Notes under the pieces: model-generated
Seen by the model: only the letters and a program-made list of their open reading frames with translations
What the model was told of the DNA's origin: nothing
The model's database searches: none
Shown here: positions 12,302 through 24,829 of the stretch, in pieces
Layout of the letters: each line of letters starts with the position of its first letter
Position numbering within the stretch: the stretch's first letter is position 1
Assembly (NCBI RefSeq): GCF_000143415.4
Contig: NW_003314344.1
Location: 318,336 to 382,335, forward strand
DNA: 64,000 bases
Reading direction: 5' to 3'
Source: Selaginella moellendorffii
Taxonomy: Eukaryota > Plantae > Lycopodiophyta
Translations under genes and position numbers: made by a program

Positions 12302-13054
12302 GTGAGGTTCCGTGACGCAGAGTTCTTCTCGCCTCTAGCAGAGTACGAGTACGAGCAAATGGTGCGTGAAATGAAGGACCTCACAGCCGATGTTCGCCAC
12401 GTTCACTGGCTCAACGCCTACATCCCCGATGCAGCTCTCGGTATGGAGGCTGGCCAGGGAGCTGCTGCTTCTCCTGGGCTACGAGGAGCTCCCAGGAATG
12501 CACATGCTTGTCAACAGATATGTGACGAGAAGGACACCGTCATTTCCGATTGGTTCATCGAGCAGGCAGTCGAGTACGAGTTTGGTCCCGAGGGTGACGA
12601 CGCTGGAAGCATCGCTAAGCGCATGGACATCTACATCATGCGTGGGCGCATACCTGAGATCAGGATGATCGTTCATCCTGACCGACTGGAGAGGAGGGCG
12701 TTTGCAGAAGCCCGTCTTGTGGAGATGGCCATCCGAGAACCAGGAACGAGCGCGACGGCGGGGCAACAAGCTCAAGAAGCAAGTGTTTTTGGGGCTGCTC
12801 GTGCTGGACACAACGTTTTCTACAGGATTCCAGTCACCCGGCGGCTGGCGGCTTGTTTCCGTGGGAGTAACCGGCGGATGGAGGTGGAAACTGTGGTGGA
12901 GAGGTATGATCCTGGATTTCCACGCGATGCAATGGGGGACCCGATCTACAGGGAGAAGATTGCGCATTATCTGCTGGGCTTCAGAGATTGCTCGAGACCA
13001 ACGAGATGGAAGAAGGATGATAAGTGTAATAGTATCCTTGTTTTGTGCATGTGA
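12302..13054 (+). CDS. Intronless ORF, paralogue of the adjacent nuclease-like domain (probably 5'-truncated; first ATG at 12359)
   Basis: 250-codon ORF with AKRMDIYIM..RMIVHPDR, AEARLVEMAI, VFGAARAGHNVFYRIPVTRRL, ETVVERYDP..AM.DPIYREKI, the same motif order as the minus-strand neighbour. Confidence 0.5.
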   Translation: MRFRDAEFFSPLAEYEYEQMVREMKDLTADVRHVHWLNAYIPDAALGMEAGQGAAASPGLRGAPRNAHACQQICDEKDTVISDWFIEQAVEYEFGPEGDDAGSIAKRMDIYIMRGRIPEIRMIVHPDRLERRAFAEARLVEMAIREPGTSATAGQQAQEASVFGAARAGHNVFYRIPVTRRLAACFRGSNRRMEVETVVERYDPGFPRDAMGDPIYREKIAHYLLGFRDCSRPTRWKKDDKCNSILVLCM

Positions 13055-13291
13055 ATACCAGAACTTGGCTCTTGTTCTGGATCTTTTAGTTTTGTGTTCA
13101 CCCAGTGTTGATGGCTGTCTTAACCATCTTGAATCATGACAGGGAAGCCATTTCTCTCGGTGAAAGAAAGCTGCAAGTGAAGATTTCTTAAGTGCATCGC
13201 ACAAAGGATTGTCCTTGGGGACGATTCCTGGCAAAAGCTCCCGACCAACGCACGCACTCTACAAGGCCTCTGCCAAGCATGTAAGCACTCT

Positions 13292-13543
13292 GAGCTGGAA
13301 CGAGCTGAACCCTGGATTCTCCAGCTTCATCCTTCGGATCATCTCCTTCTTGAATGTGAAGCACTTCATCTCACAAACCGTGAACTGTGATGTTTCGTTG
13401 GCACTGCCTGTTTCATCAAGTCTGTGTTACGTATTCTTCCGAAGGAAGCTCAAAATCTCTGGGATGATTATCCGACGCAATGCATGGTGGAGTTTCCGCA
13501 ACCACGGGCTCGAATGACATAGATTTACCACAACAGACCTCAG
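13292..13543 (-). pseudogene. Inverted fragment of BAHD exon 2 (homologous to 15065-15323)
   Basis: Reverse complement aligns by eye with BAHD1 exon 2 (ctgaggtctgttg.ggtaaatctatgtca... to ...ggagaatccagggttcagctcgttccagct). Confidence 0.9.
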
Positions 13544-13696
13544 TGATGGAAAGAATGAACAGGAAAAATACTACAGTATGAATGCTATAGAAGTACAGGT
13601 CTATATATATGCATCGCTTTAAATCTCTCCGAGATTGCTGCTGTAGATCCCTGTTTTCGTGTCACCTTGATTCCTGCTGCTCCAACACTCCCCCTC
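13544..13696 (-). mobile_element. Copia-type 3' LTR remnant (13544-13687) with PPT
   Basis: Minus strand reads GAGGGGGAG|TGTTGG...CATCA; the CA end coincides exactly with the breakpoint of the BAHD fragment. Confidence 0.55.
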
Positions 13697-13941
13697 GATC
13701 TGACAATCTTTTCAGATCGTAAAACATCTTCAGCTCTCAGCTCCCTCTAGGAAGAGAACCTGAGTCGGCTATGCAGTTGTTGAACTGCCACTGTTGTCTT
13801 TGTCAAGAGGTCTGCTGCGTTACCAGAACAACACCTTTGCATCAATCAATCGTGTAAGCCAAAGCACCGCTACCAACTAGTGCGTAACGAGAGAAGTGCG
13901 ATGATGTAAGAGCAGCGATGATTTGCCACTTTACAAGCAGC

Positions 13942-14268
13942 TCAGTGATGGTGCCTCGCTCTCCATGCCATCCAACGTAGGCCGTCCAGGTTCCATCCAT
14001 GGATGACTGCCAGGCAACTCGTTCCCAAGTTCCCTTTTTCGTAAATCTCGCCCTCGATCCTGACGATGCCACTCACAACTCCCGTCCCGGTCGCTTCTTC
14101 TTCTTCTGCCTCGCTGCCGTGGATCATTTTCACTGCAAATGCCGCTCCATCGGATCTGCGGAAGGCTCTGTAAACTTTGGCGTGGCCTCCCCTCCCGATC
14201 TGGGACTCTGTTTGTTGGCCAGAGACGGATAAGTATCGCCACAGCTGGTCGTCCAGGACCGAATGCAT
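13942..14268 (-). pseudogene. Protein kinase N-lobe fragment
   Basis: IGRGGHAKVYRA...FAVK (subdomains I-II); no HRD/DFG follows. Confidence 0.5.
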
Positions 14269-14417
14269 CTGCCGTTCGGTCTTGACTTTATAGAGTTTGA
14301 ATTCTTTTTTAACAGGTCTACCTGTGGGGGTGGGGGTTTAAATGCTTTTTCAGCAAGGGACAGTTTGGTCAGGCCTTCGCTCGCTCCTCTAAAGTCTGTG
14401 GTGTGGTGTTGTTGGCC

Positions 14418-15846
14418 ATGGCGCTGGAGTCTTCCACGATCACAGTGACGAACACTTGCTTGGTTGCTCCAAGTTACAGCCCCGGGGACAGTGATCTTTT
14501 GGAAAGCAAGAAGAAGCAAATGCGTCCCAGTGCTGCCGCTCATATGCTCTGGTTTGTGCCTTACAGGACTCGCCTTCTCTTCTTCCGAAAGCCTCCTCCT
14601 CGTCTCTCCTTCGAGGCCATTGTAGCAAATCTCAAGAGCTCTCTTGCCAAGGCGCTGGTGGAGTTTTATCCCTTGGCAGGGAGATTGCTGGTGAGTGACA
14701 GCGACAATGGACTCCGGTTGGATGTGGTTTGCAATGACAAAGGCGTGCTCTTCATCGAAGCCAGTGCTACTGGAGTTACAATTGGGGAGCTTGAAAAGAA
14801 TGAAGTGAGTGGCCATTTCGAGGGGATTCCGGCAAAACTAGTGGAAGATCTGGCACAATGTGGAGGCTACGATATATCTACGATTCCATGGTCCTTCGAT
14901 GCTCCTCTTTTCATCATCCAGGTACTTCACTATATTTGTATTGATAATTAAGTCAATTCATATGTAGGTGACAGAGCTTTCTTGTGGTGGAATTTGCATC
15001 TCCATCAAGTTTAATCACCAGCTGTTGGATGGAGCTGGGACCTGGAACTTTGTGAAGTCATGGGCTGAGGTCTGTTGCGGTAAATCTATGTCACTCAAGC
15101 CCGTGGTTGTGGAAACTCCACCATGTATTGCGGTCTCGGACGATCATCCTACAAATTTTGAGCTACCAGCAGGGTTTGAAAGGATCCGGAACGCGGATTT
15201 ACTGAAATTCAACACCAACTCAACATCGCAGTCCACGGAGTACGAGATGAAGTGCTTTGCATTCAAGAAGGAGATGATCCAAAGGATGAAGCTGGAGAAT
15301 CCAGGGTTCAGCTCGTTCCAGCTTCTCACGAGTTTCATATGGTCCAGAGTTAACGCTGCGAGAGATCTCAAGGATGACGAAACCACTACTCTTGTATTTG
15401 CGGCAAACTGTAGAGGAAGGATCAAGACTGTCCCGGAGGGACTCGTAGGAGTCGCCGCGGTGTATGATCACGTTTCCACCAAATTCTCGAGCCTACGAGC
15501 TCAGGGAAATGAGCTGAGAAACGGGGCCGTTCTTCTCAGGGAAAAGATTGGTGATTTGCTCACGGAGGAAGGCGTGGGTCTCTACTCAAAGGTTGTGAGC
15601 AATGGCGACAGGGACTCCACAGCTTTTCCTCTATACAAGATGGAAACAGCATTGATCGTTGGAAGTTCGTTCTACTTCCCGGTTTTCCAAGACTTTGGAT
15701 TTGGAAAGCCAGTTGGAATGACGCTGGTTCGTCCTTCTGAGGATGGCAAGCTATACTATTTCCCAGGAAAGGAGGAAGGTGATGTGGTAGCTTATGTTGG
15801 GCTCAAAAGACATGCGATGAGAAAGCTTAGTTATCCACAGGTTTGA
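14418..15846 (+). CDS. BAHD acyltransferase 1 (exons 14418-14921, 14968-15846)
   Basis: FYPLAGRL, CNDKGVLFIEA, HxxxD (HQLLDG), DFGFG; single intron at the conserved Q|VT position. Confidence 0.93.
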
Positions 15847-17107
15847 AACTTATATAGCCATGGATTTTTATTTTTATTTTTTTGCTTCATTTATTTAATA
15901 TTTCTTTCTAAATAAAAAAGTAGTTTGCATTTCAAAGAGAATACATTTATTGTGATGTTACAATATAAGATAAATTATTTGACAAAGTATGTTGCTTCAT
16001 TAACAATTAAATTTTTTTTTGACATGCAAGATTTTTACAATTTGTAAACCCATTCTAAACTTAAGTTTTGACAAAGAAAGATTATTTATAAAAACTTATG
16101 ATTATATTCTATAAGAGTTAAAAAATGCTCAAAGAAGTGTTTTATATAAGGAAGAAACAACAAAAAGCCAATATATACTAGGAAAGAATAACAAAATTTA
16201 AATGAGTGTTTGTATTTTTTATATAATTGCTATTGAGTTCATTTTCTTAAAAGTATAGAATTTTCCTTTGATTATTCCATCTTATGTGTTGAGTTGAGTG
16301 TTGAAGAGATTAAATATATTGAGTCTTATACTTAACTTATATTGGTTAAAGTATTTTATAGTAGACTATTCATTATTATCTAGACATATAGAGTAAAATA
16401 TCCTTTTTGCATTTTTTTTTAGTTTTCTATTTCCACATTAATACCACTGCTAAAATTCTTGCTTCTTTATCCTCTTCCACTTGATTTTTTCCTCAAATTT
16501 TTTTGCTTTCTTATCTTTGTTATAACATTCACACATTTTTGTTTTTTTTTCTTTTTTGATGAGGGGATAGAGGAGACTAATCCAACCATGATAATGAAGT
16601 GAGGATGAGTGACAATGCTAATAGTATTGGAGCAAAGATACACAATATGAATTGTGGAGTGAGAGATAAATGAATACAAATGTAATGATGTAACAAACCC
16701 AGCAAAGTGAGGCCACGCAAACATCACAGTGAGTGGGGCTAAACAAAACTAATGAAAAGTGAAGATTAATGTAGTGAGTTTGAAGGGTATAATGTTTTAA
16801 ACATTTTTCCTTGAAGTAGAGGATAATGAAGTTAAGAAGATAAAGGATAATAGGAGTGAGTTTAATCTCTGATAGGACAAGGATAAAAATAGCAAGTCTA
16901 AGTTAACACAACTATCTTGGGTGTTGACTATGAAGAGACAAATTTTGTCATTAATTACAAATTAATAATGGTCTTAGAAGATAATTGAGGGAAGACATAG
17001 AGGTATAATTAACTTTTTGCTTACTGCAGCAATATATTGTGAATTATAATTCCCCTCCAAGTCCCCTTGATTTCTAATTGAAAGTTACAATTTTGAGGTT
17101 TGTTCAA

Positions 17108-17467
<360 letters not shown>

Positions 17468-17519
17468 TACACTAGTTATAGTATATAGACATACATTTGT
17501 TACTGGGTCAATCCATGGT

Positions 17520-20500
17520 TATTGAATAATATTTGAGGGTCAAGTTTATGAAAAGATGACATTTATAAGCTTAAGTGGATTTTTGTTGATGAGGAATTCA
17601 ATTACTTTGAGGATAGCTTTAAAAATGAGTTAGAAATTATATTGGCTATATGTCAGTGTTGAGTTAAGTGTTCTTTGTCCTCCTTAAATGATTTTGAGAA
17701 TCTTATTTATATTTTATTGATGGAGTTTTAGCTACCATATTTGTTGTTGAGAGGGACTTGAGTTTGATCTTCACACATTCCTAAATGAAGTAGTGGAACA
17801 TTTCAAAATACTTGTTCCTCCCATGGTGTACCATATTCACAATACATTATAAATATGTTGTGTTATTATTGTACATGTTCATTAGTGTTTACATTTCAAA
17901 TCTAATGTCTCATAGTAGTTGACAGATCCATAATGCCTCATTCACTACTTCTGTTATTGCATTTTACTCAGCCTCACATGTTGATAATACCACTATTCAT
18001 TGTTTTTGACTCCACTAAGATACAATAGCATTAGAGGATTTAAATATGTATCTAGTTGTTGATTTGTAATCATAGGGTCTTTAGTAAGATTAGTGTCAAT
18101 CATCCCATATGGAACTAGTGTTCTTGCTCAATTTCTCCTTCTAACATATCTTTAAATTCAAGGTAGAGCATCAAGGTTTGTATGATGTAGTTAAAGATTT
18201 GTTCCACTGTATGCTAATGTTTCTTCTCCAAGTTTTGGGTTAAATTGGCATATGTGAAAAATAATTGCTACTATATCTAATTGACTCATTGTTATAAGTT
18301 GTACTAAAGCACCAATTATATTCTAATGTGGTAATCATATCATCTCCTTCTTCTCCCCCTCAGAACATGGTTTATTAGCTTTAAAAAGTCTATGGAACTA
18401 TAGTGCCAGAGTTGGGGTGATGTGTGTAGTAAAAAATCTATCGTATTTTTTTATGAGATTAGAGATATACTTGATCTATCACCTAGAGCTATCTAGCAAG
18501 TTGTTCCTTTGGCCATCATAAATTCAATGTCTTCCTAGCCACAATGAAATCATCACTATAGCTATAATTATTAACTCTCACATACAACAGTGTGTTTGCT
18601 TTTGCATAGGTGAAACCAAATATTAGAAAAATTTGTTTAAGATATTTATATCCTTGGGGATTGTTTAAATCCATAAATAGACCACTAAAGTTTGTAACAA
18701 AAAGTGTTTTTTTCCACATACTCTGAACTCAAGAGGCTGATGTATATACATTAAGTGTTCCAATTCACCATTCACCAATTCACCAAACACGTTCTTAATG
18801 TTTATGTGTTCAACCTCTATATCCAAATGGTTAGCTATAATAAGAATTAATCATATAGAAACCATTTTAACCACAGGTGAAAAGATTCTCATTGTATCAT
18901 TGTATGTAGCATTTTGCTCCTAATCTCACCTTATACTCACTTAAACTCTTAATACTTAAGTTTGTATACCCACTTACACTGTATAATCATTGCCTCCTTT
19001 AGAACATTTTGTGATGCAACCAATATCTAGGAATGTTTTTCTAATTGTTTGTTGTACCTTAACTACATTGCTACTTTTCAGTGAAAACATTACAGGCTCG
19101 AAAGTGCTTCCTCTAGCATTGTCGGTGATTTATGTAACTTGAGCATAATACCTTAAAATATTCTTCGTTAGTTTCCACAAGTGAGAAGATCATCTAGGAA
19201 AAGTTCTTATTGTTGATATATCTTTAGATGTATCTTGTTCCAAGTCATCTGTTATTGTACCCTTAACAGTCCCCATGTTAAAGTCATTAAAGAAATTACA
19301 ATTCTCATTGATTTATATCTGGAATGGGGCCTTCTAAGGGTATGATTGAGTCCTCATATTTGTTAGAACTGAATTTAAAAATATTTTGAATTTTTCTTGT
19401 GACTATATGAAAATATAGAGTATACTAGAACTGTTTCACAAAAGAAAATAGTGCACCAAACGAGCACCTTCTTTTGACTAAAGATCCATACTTTGTCACT
19501 TTTTGTATTCTCACTATAACCTAGCACCATACACCTTGTTGATTGCTCTTCAGCTGAAACGTATGCAAAACCTACACATCCAAACACAGTAGTAAGTATG
19601 CAAAAGAAGGTTTGGTACTTGTCTATATTTCTTGTAGTGTTTTTCCTAGTAGAATGTGCACAGCTGTGTGCATAGCCTCTGCCTAGAAGGATGTTGGAAC
19701 ATTCATGGCTTTGAGCATCACTCTTGCTATATCAAGAATAGTAAGCATCTATCTCTCCTTAACCCCATTTTGACTATGATCATATGGCATAAAGGTTTGG
19801 AGTGATATGTTACGTGATGTGAGGATAGTGTGGAATTCTGCAGAGAGAAGTTCCTATCCTCCATCAGTTCTGAGTTTCTAATGTGCATTCCAAGTGAGTT
19901 CTCTGACTTCTGAATCCACTCAAAAAACTTTTGAGGAATGTCAGATTTCTACTTTAGAAAACAAACAGCAGTGGCACGACTAAGATCATCTATAATTAGT
20001 TGAAAATATCAAGTATTGTTTAATGATTTTAATGGTGATAGTCCCTAGATATTGTCATGAATCAAGTCTAAAATAATTTAGGAAGCTTTTTTGAGCAATG
20101 GTTTCGTCTTCATTCTCACCTACAAGTAGCTTTCACATGGAAGTTTGGTATCTCCCCTACTAGCTAAGGAGTCTTCTTGACTTTAAAACTTGCATGTCCT
20201 AGTTGTAGATGCCATAACTGTGAAATTGAGTCATCAGTAATAGAGATAACATTCACACTTCGAGAATCAAGAGAAATAAGAAAGGCCATTTTTAGCCATC
20301 GCTTGAACAATCCATATGTGATGAGAATGAAATTTATGGTTGGAACATATAAAATAGTAAAAATTTCAAGCTGAATGCAAGGAAAAAAAATAGTTTCAAA
20401 AACTATTATTCTTAAAGCCTCACCACTTGCTATACTCACAAATGCAGAAAATGTTTTTAAACTTATTTTTTGAAGGAACATTTTATTCAACATCATTTGG

Positions 20501-20990
20501 TGTGTAGTGCCGCTATCTCGAAGCCAATTTGAATTTTGAGATATGCCCAGCTCAACATAATCTGCAGACAGAGGATAAATTCTAAGAAAAAGAAATACTA
20601 TTAAGATCGTCATCTTCCTCAGCTGTTGCAAGACCTCTTTCATTTGCAGTCCTTTTGGCTCAGATAGTTAGCAGCAAAGTGTCCAAATCCACATTATTCA
20701 TTGCAACAAACATTCCCGTACATCAAACACGCTTGATCCACTAAATTCCATTCGCTCCCAGTTCTCTGTCTTTTGTTTGGCACCCTTCCAGTCATATTGC
20801 CACTATATCCTCCTCCTTGTAATCACTTGAGCCATCCTTTCCTTGAAAAATGTCATTTAAGTTGGTGTAGTGATGAATATTGGCAATACTAGATCCAGCC
20901 TTGGATGGAGTTGATTTGTTTGAAGCTCAATCTTGGCCTTCTCTGATACTTCTAGGATCATGAGAGCTCCAGTCGCATTTGAGAATGTTG
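17520..20990 (-). mobile_element. Heavily decayed Ty1/copia internal region (zinc knuckle, protease, GAG-pre-integrase, integrase, RT, RNase H)
   Basis: WLRDSGTTHQM, LWHLQLGHAS, FGCVGFAYV..RCMVLGYSENTK, FSPVVKMVS, AITEVVNEALW; many stop codons; boundaries approximate. Confidence 0.8.
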
Positions 20991-20999
20991 ATTGTCATT

Positions 21000-22651
21000 T
21001 GATTAGACTCATGAGCAAAGAAGAACTCCATATACTTCATAGCGAATTAGAGTGGAATGTGTATAGACACATGACAAACTGCCATGAGGCGTGACCTTGG
21101 ATGCCACGTGGTACTGATGTGGAGAGAGCGAGGATTCACCATCCTCAACACTCCCACTCTCACCCAACACCAATCTCGGTGCTGAAGAAAGCGATCACAA
21201 GCCAATGGAGGGCTTTCTGCCAGTCCAGGCCTCCTCAGGAGTTCTTCCATCCACAACGGTTGTAGGTAATTAATTTTGGACGTAGTTAGCAAGGCTAATA
21301 GCGTCAACCCAAAAGGACTTAAGAAGGCCACTAACCTGTAGCATTGCACGTGCACTTTTTATTTCTTCCTGTTTTTCTGAGGAGAATATGCAGCTGTGAA
21401 TTCACAAAGAATGCCAGCCTCTTGGCAAACTCGATTGAACTCATTGGATGTGTACTCACCACCTCCATCACACCTGAGTCGTTTCAAGCGCTGCCCAGTT
21501 TGTGTCTCGCCAACAGCTTTGAACTGGAGAAAATGCTGTAAAGCTTCAGATTTGAAGTGTAGAAAATACACCACTGTGTAGCGAGAAAGATCATCGATAA
21601 ATGTGAGAAAATATCGATAACCACCTCGTCCAAGCGTCTGCATGGGACCACAGATATCGGTGTGGACTAGCTCCATTTTCTCGCCAGCACGATGAGCACG
21701 ACCAGCAGGAAACGGTTTGCGTGGCATTTTTCCAAGCTGACAGCCATTGCAAAATGGTAACTCCACGGAAGTAGCGTCCAAAGTTAAGCCATCTACAAGG
21801 CCTTGTCGAGCTAAATTTTTGAAGATTCGCATGTCCAAAATGACTATGCCACAGCTCCAGATTGCGTTGATCATGGAGACCACAAGCATGAAAGCTCACA
21901 ACATCTCCGCGTGGGATCACCTGCAACACATGCTCTCGTTCTGCCGGTCCAACATCGAGCTTGTAGAGTCCTCGATGAGCAGCCAATGCCTCTCCAGTAG
22001 GAGAAGTGATCAGGAATTTGTGAGCTGTGAGCTCAAGAGCATAACCGTCGTCTGCCAACTGGCCGACAGAAATCAGGTTCGAGCAAAGGCATGTGGATTA
22101 CAAGTGTGCCTGTTCCATGAACTGGGATGCTAGCCGAAGTCCCCACGAGGACACGATCACCTGCGGTAGGGCGATAATCCTCCAGGTGAGAATCGTCACA
22201 TACCATGTGATCTGTGGCGGCTGAGTCCAGAAAGAAGGAATTAGTCATTACAGAAGCAGGAAAGGCCCTCGCAAGGATCATAAAACTTCGTTTTCTATAA
22301 GGTGGTGGGAGTTGTCACAAAACCGCTGATTGCAACACTACTCCCTCACCACTTACGGCATTTGGAGCCTTCGTCTCCGAAAGACGAAGAAGCAAACAAA
22401 GATGGGTCGTCAATCTTTCTCCGGTGGAGCAGCCTCAGCATGCTTCTCGCCAATCCAACCAACCTATCCACTGCCACCACATCGACTGAATTGGAAGCTG
22501 ACGCAGCCATTGGTCAGCCCCACCAATCCGCTCAATCGCCCCAAACGCTATCCAGTCTCGAAGGATTGCTCAGATCGCTCTCCCATTTGCTCCGATACCA
22601 TGATCAGACTCATGAACGAAGAAGAGCTCCATATACTTCATAGCGAATGAG
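21000..22651 (-). mobile_element. Internally deleted Ty1/copia element: 3' LTR 21000-21150, PPT 21151-21163, integrase/protease remnants, tRNA-iMet PBS 22589-22600, truncated 5' LTR 22601-22651
   Basis: FLDSAATDHM, CNGCQLGK, LVHTDICGPM, FIDDLSRY, LRCDGGGEY; PBS TGGTATCGGAGC; the two LTR ends (21000-21050 and 22601-22651) are near-identical direct repeats. Confidence 0.85.
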
Positions 22652-22880
22652 ACCACTCACTTCACTAGTAGCACTGGCTTCAATGAAGAGGGCGTCTTTC
22701 TCGTTGCAAACCACAAGTCCATTCTCGCTTTCACTCACAACAAATCTGCCCGCCAAAGGGTAAAACTCCAGCAGCGCCTTGACAAAAGAGGTCTTGAGAT
22801 TTGCTAAAACGGCCTCTAAGGAGAGATGAGGAGGAGGCTTTGGGAAGAAGAGAAGGTGAGTCATGTAAGGCACGAACCAG
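22652..22880 (-). pseudogene. Inverted fragment of BAHD exon 1
   Basis: WFVPYMTHLLFFPKPPPHLSLEAVLANLK..FYPLAGR..CNEKDALFIEASAT closely matches BAHD1 exon 1. Confidence 0.9.
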
Positions 22881-23039
22881 TGATCTTGGAGAAGAGAAGA
22901 TTTTTAAATAAATATAAAGGAAGTTTTAAAGCAGAACCGTTGGATTAATGTTATCAACTTTAATTTATTTTTAACGTGGCATCTACGTGGATGATTGACG
23001 AGGCGTCGATCTGCCACGTGGTAACCATTTTTCTTTTGT

Positions 23040-24632
23040 ATGCAACTTGGATCCTCGAGGGCGTGGTGCGTAGCAGCGATAAAAGAATGCCGGCACCAGT
23101 GGCAAGCGAAGATCATCCGTGCGTCGATCGCGCAGCTCGGATTCCATCGCGACACACTCCTCCCAAACCTCCTGGTGGCAATGTATGGCAAGATGGGCGA
23201 TCTCGCGAGCGCGTGCGCCATTTTCCAGACGATCCATGCCAGGAATGTCGTCTCCTGGACGATCATGGCCGCGGCATTCGCCGCCAACGCCAGGTTCCGC
23301 GACGCCGTGCTGTGCTTCCGGTGGATGGAGCTCGGCGGCGTGAGACCCGACAAGCACGCCTTCACCACCATCGTGGAGGCGTGTACGGACGGCGCGCTTG
23401 GGCAGTACGGTATGGAGATCCAGGCGAGGATCATCGAGGCGGGGCTTGAATCCGATGTTTTCGTCGGCACCGCGATTGTACATATGCACGGGAAGCTTGA
23501 GAGAATCGATCGAGCCATCGCGGCGTTTAGTTGGATCAAAGAGAGGAACGTTGTCTCGTGGACTGCTATGATCTCGGCATTTGCCCATACAGGGCATTAC
23601 AAAGAAGCGCTGGAGCTCCTTAAGAGCATGGATTTGGAAGGAGTGAAACCAAATTGTGTCACCTTTACTGTTCTTCTGGAGGCCTGTGCTGGTCTCGGGG
23701 ATAGATTTTGCTGCGAGATTCTCCACTCCCGAATCGAGGGAAGCGAGAGCTCGATTTCTTCGGCAGAAACCGTGGTCTCGGCTCTCGTCTTTGCTCTCGG
23801 CAAATGCGGTCACGTCGATCGAGCCAGGCGCTCGTTCGAGAGATTGGAAGCGAAGAACTTGGTGTCGCGAACTGCGATGATGGCTGCGTATGCGCAGAAC
23901 GGGCATCACAGAGAAGCGCTCCAACTCTTCCGGGAGCTCGATCTGGATGGGATCAAACACGATGCGGTCTCGTTCGTCAGCGTGCTGGAGGCGTCCTCGA
24001 GCTTGCAGATGGCGAAAAGCTTCCACTCGCGGATCCTCGCCAGTGGGATTCGCGTGAGCGTCATCACCGGCACGGCGCTCGTCACCACTTACAGGAAGTG
24101 TGGAGCTCTCGGCCTCGCGAGATCCACTTTCGATGGCATTGCCGGGAAGAGCATCCTGTGCTGGAACACGATGATCTCCGCCTACGCGCAGCACGGCCAC
24201 GCCATGGAAGCGCTCAAGCTCTTCAACGCGCTCAAGCAAGCCGGGGAGAGGCCCAACAGCATCACCTTCGTGAGCGCCATCGCGGCTTGCGGCCACGTTG
24301 GTCGCCTCGACGACGCGGTCTACAACCTCTCGTCGATGATCGCCGACTACCGGATCACCCCCTCGAGCGAGCACTTGGGCTGCATGATCGATCTCCTGGG
24401 ACGAGCTGGGCGATTGGAGGAGGCCGAGAGAATGGTGGACAAGATCTCTCCCGATGACGCCGCGGAGAGAATCATGCAGTGGAAAGCGCTGCTGGCCGCT
24501 TGCAAAGTTCATGGGGATTTCAAGCGGGGTGGACGAGTTGCGAGGAAGTTACTGGAGCTGCATCCCGGGAGTGATGCTCCTTACGTGTTGCTCTTCAATC
24601 TCTACGTGGACAGGGAGGAGAATCCAGGGTAG
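23040..24632 (+). CDS. PLS-class PPR protein with E domain, intronless
   Basis: Repeated NVVSWT.M..A.A..G motifs, CMIDLLGRAGRL, WKALLAACKVHG..YVLL; no DYW domain. Confidence 0.88.
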   Translation: MQLGSSRAWCVAAIKECRHQWQAKIIRASIAQLGFHRDTLLPNLLVAMYGKMGDLASACAIFQTIHARNVVSWTIMAAAFAANARFRDAVLCFRWMELGGVRPDKHAFTTIVEACTDGALGQYGMEIQARIIEAGLESDVFVGTAIVHMHGKLERIDRAIAAFSWIKERNVVSWTAMISAFAHTGHYKEALELLKSMDLEGVKPNCVTFTVLLEACAGLGDRFCCEILHSRIEGSESSISSAETVVSALVFALGKCGHVDRARRSFERLEAKNLVSRTAMMAAYAQNGHHREALQLFRELDLDGIKHDAVSFVSVLEASSSLQMAKSFHSRILASGIRVSVITGTALVTTYRKCGALGLARSTFDGIAGKSILCWNTMISAYAQHGHAMEALKLFNALKQAGERPNSITFVSAIAACGHVGRLDDAVYNLSSMIADYRITPSSEHLGCMIDLLGRAGRLEEAERMVDKISPDDAAERIMQWKALLAACKVHGDFKRGGRVARKLLELHPGSDAPYVLLFNLYVDREENPG

Positions 24633-24829
24633 CATTGCATGGCATCGCAATCCTTGGTTATAGAGTCACTGTCATATCTCTTTACACGCCAACGTTTTTG
24701 CCAAAAAAGCTGACGGTCACAAAGGAACACGTTGAAATAGCAGTGTCGATCCACCAACAAAACGTGGGCACTGGGAGATATACGAGGCTAAAAGAGAGTT
24801 TCAGTAATCGTTTTGGAAAAGCCCACGAG

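Noticed and set aside
22983-24512. 509-aa antisense ORF over the first PPR (and similar long antisense ORFs over the CYP, second PPR and NFXL2)
   Set aside because: Shadow ORFs of GC-rich coding strands with no recognisable motifs.
24635-24829. In-frame upstream extension of BAHD2 suggesting a PPR-BAHD fusion
   Set aside because: The PPR has its own stop at 24632, the extension starts at a non-ATG codon in another frame, and BAHD1 homology begins at ATG 24830.
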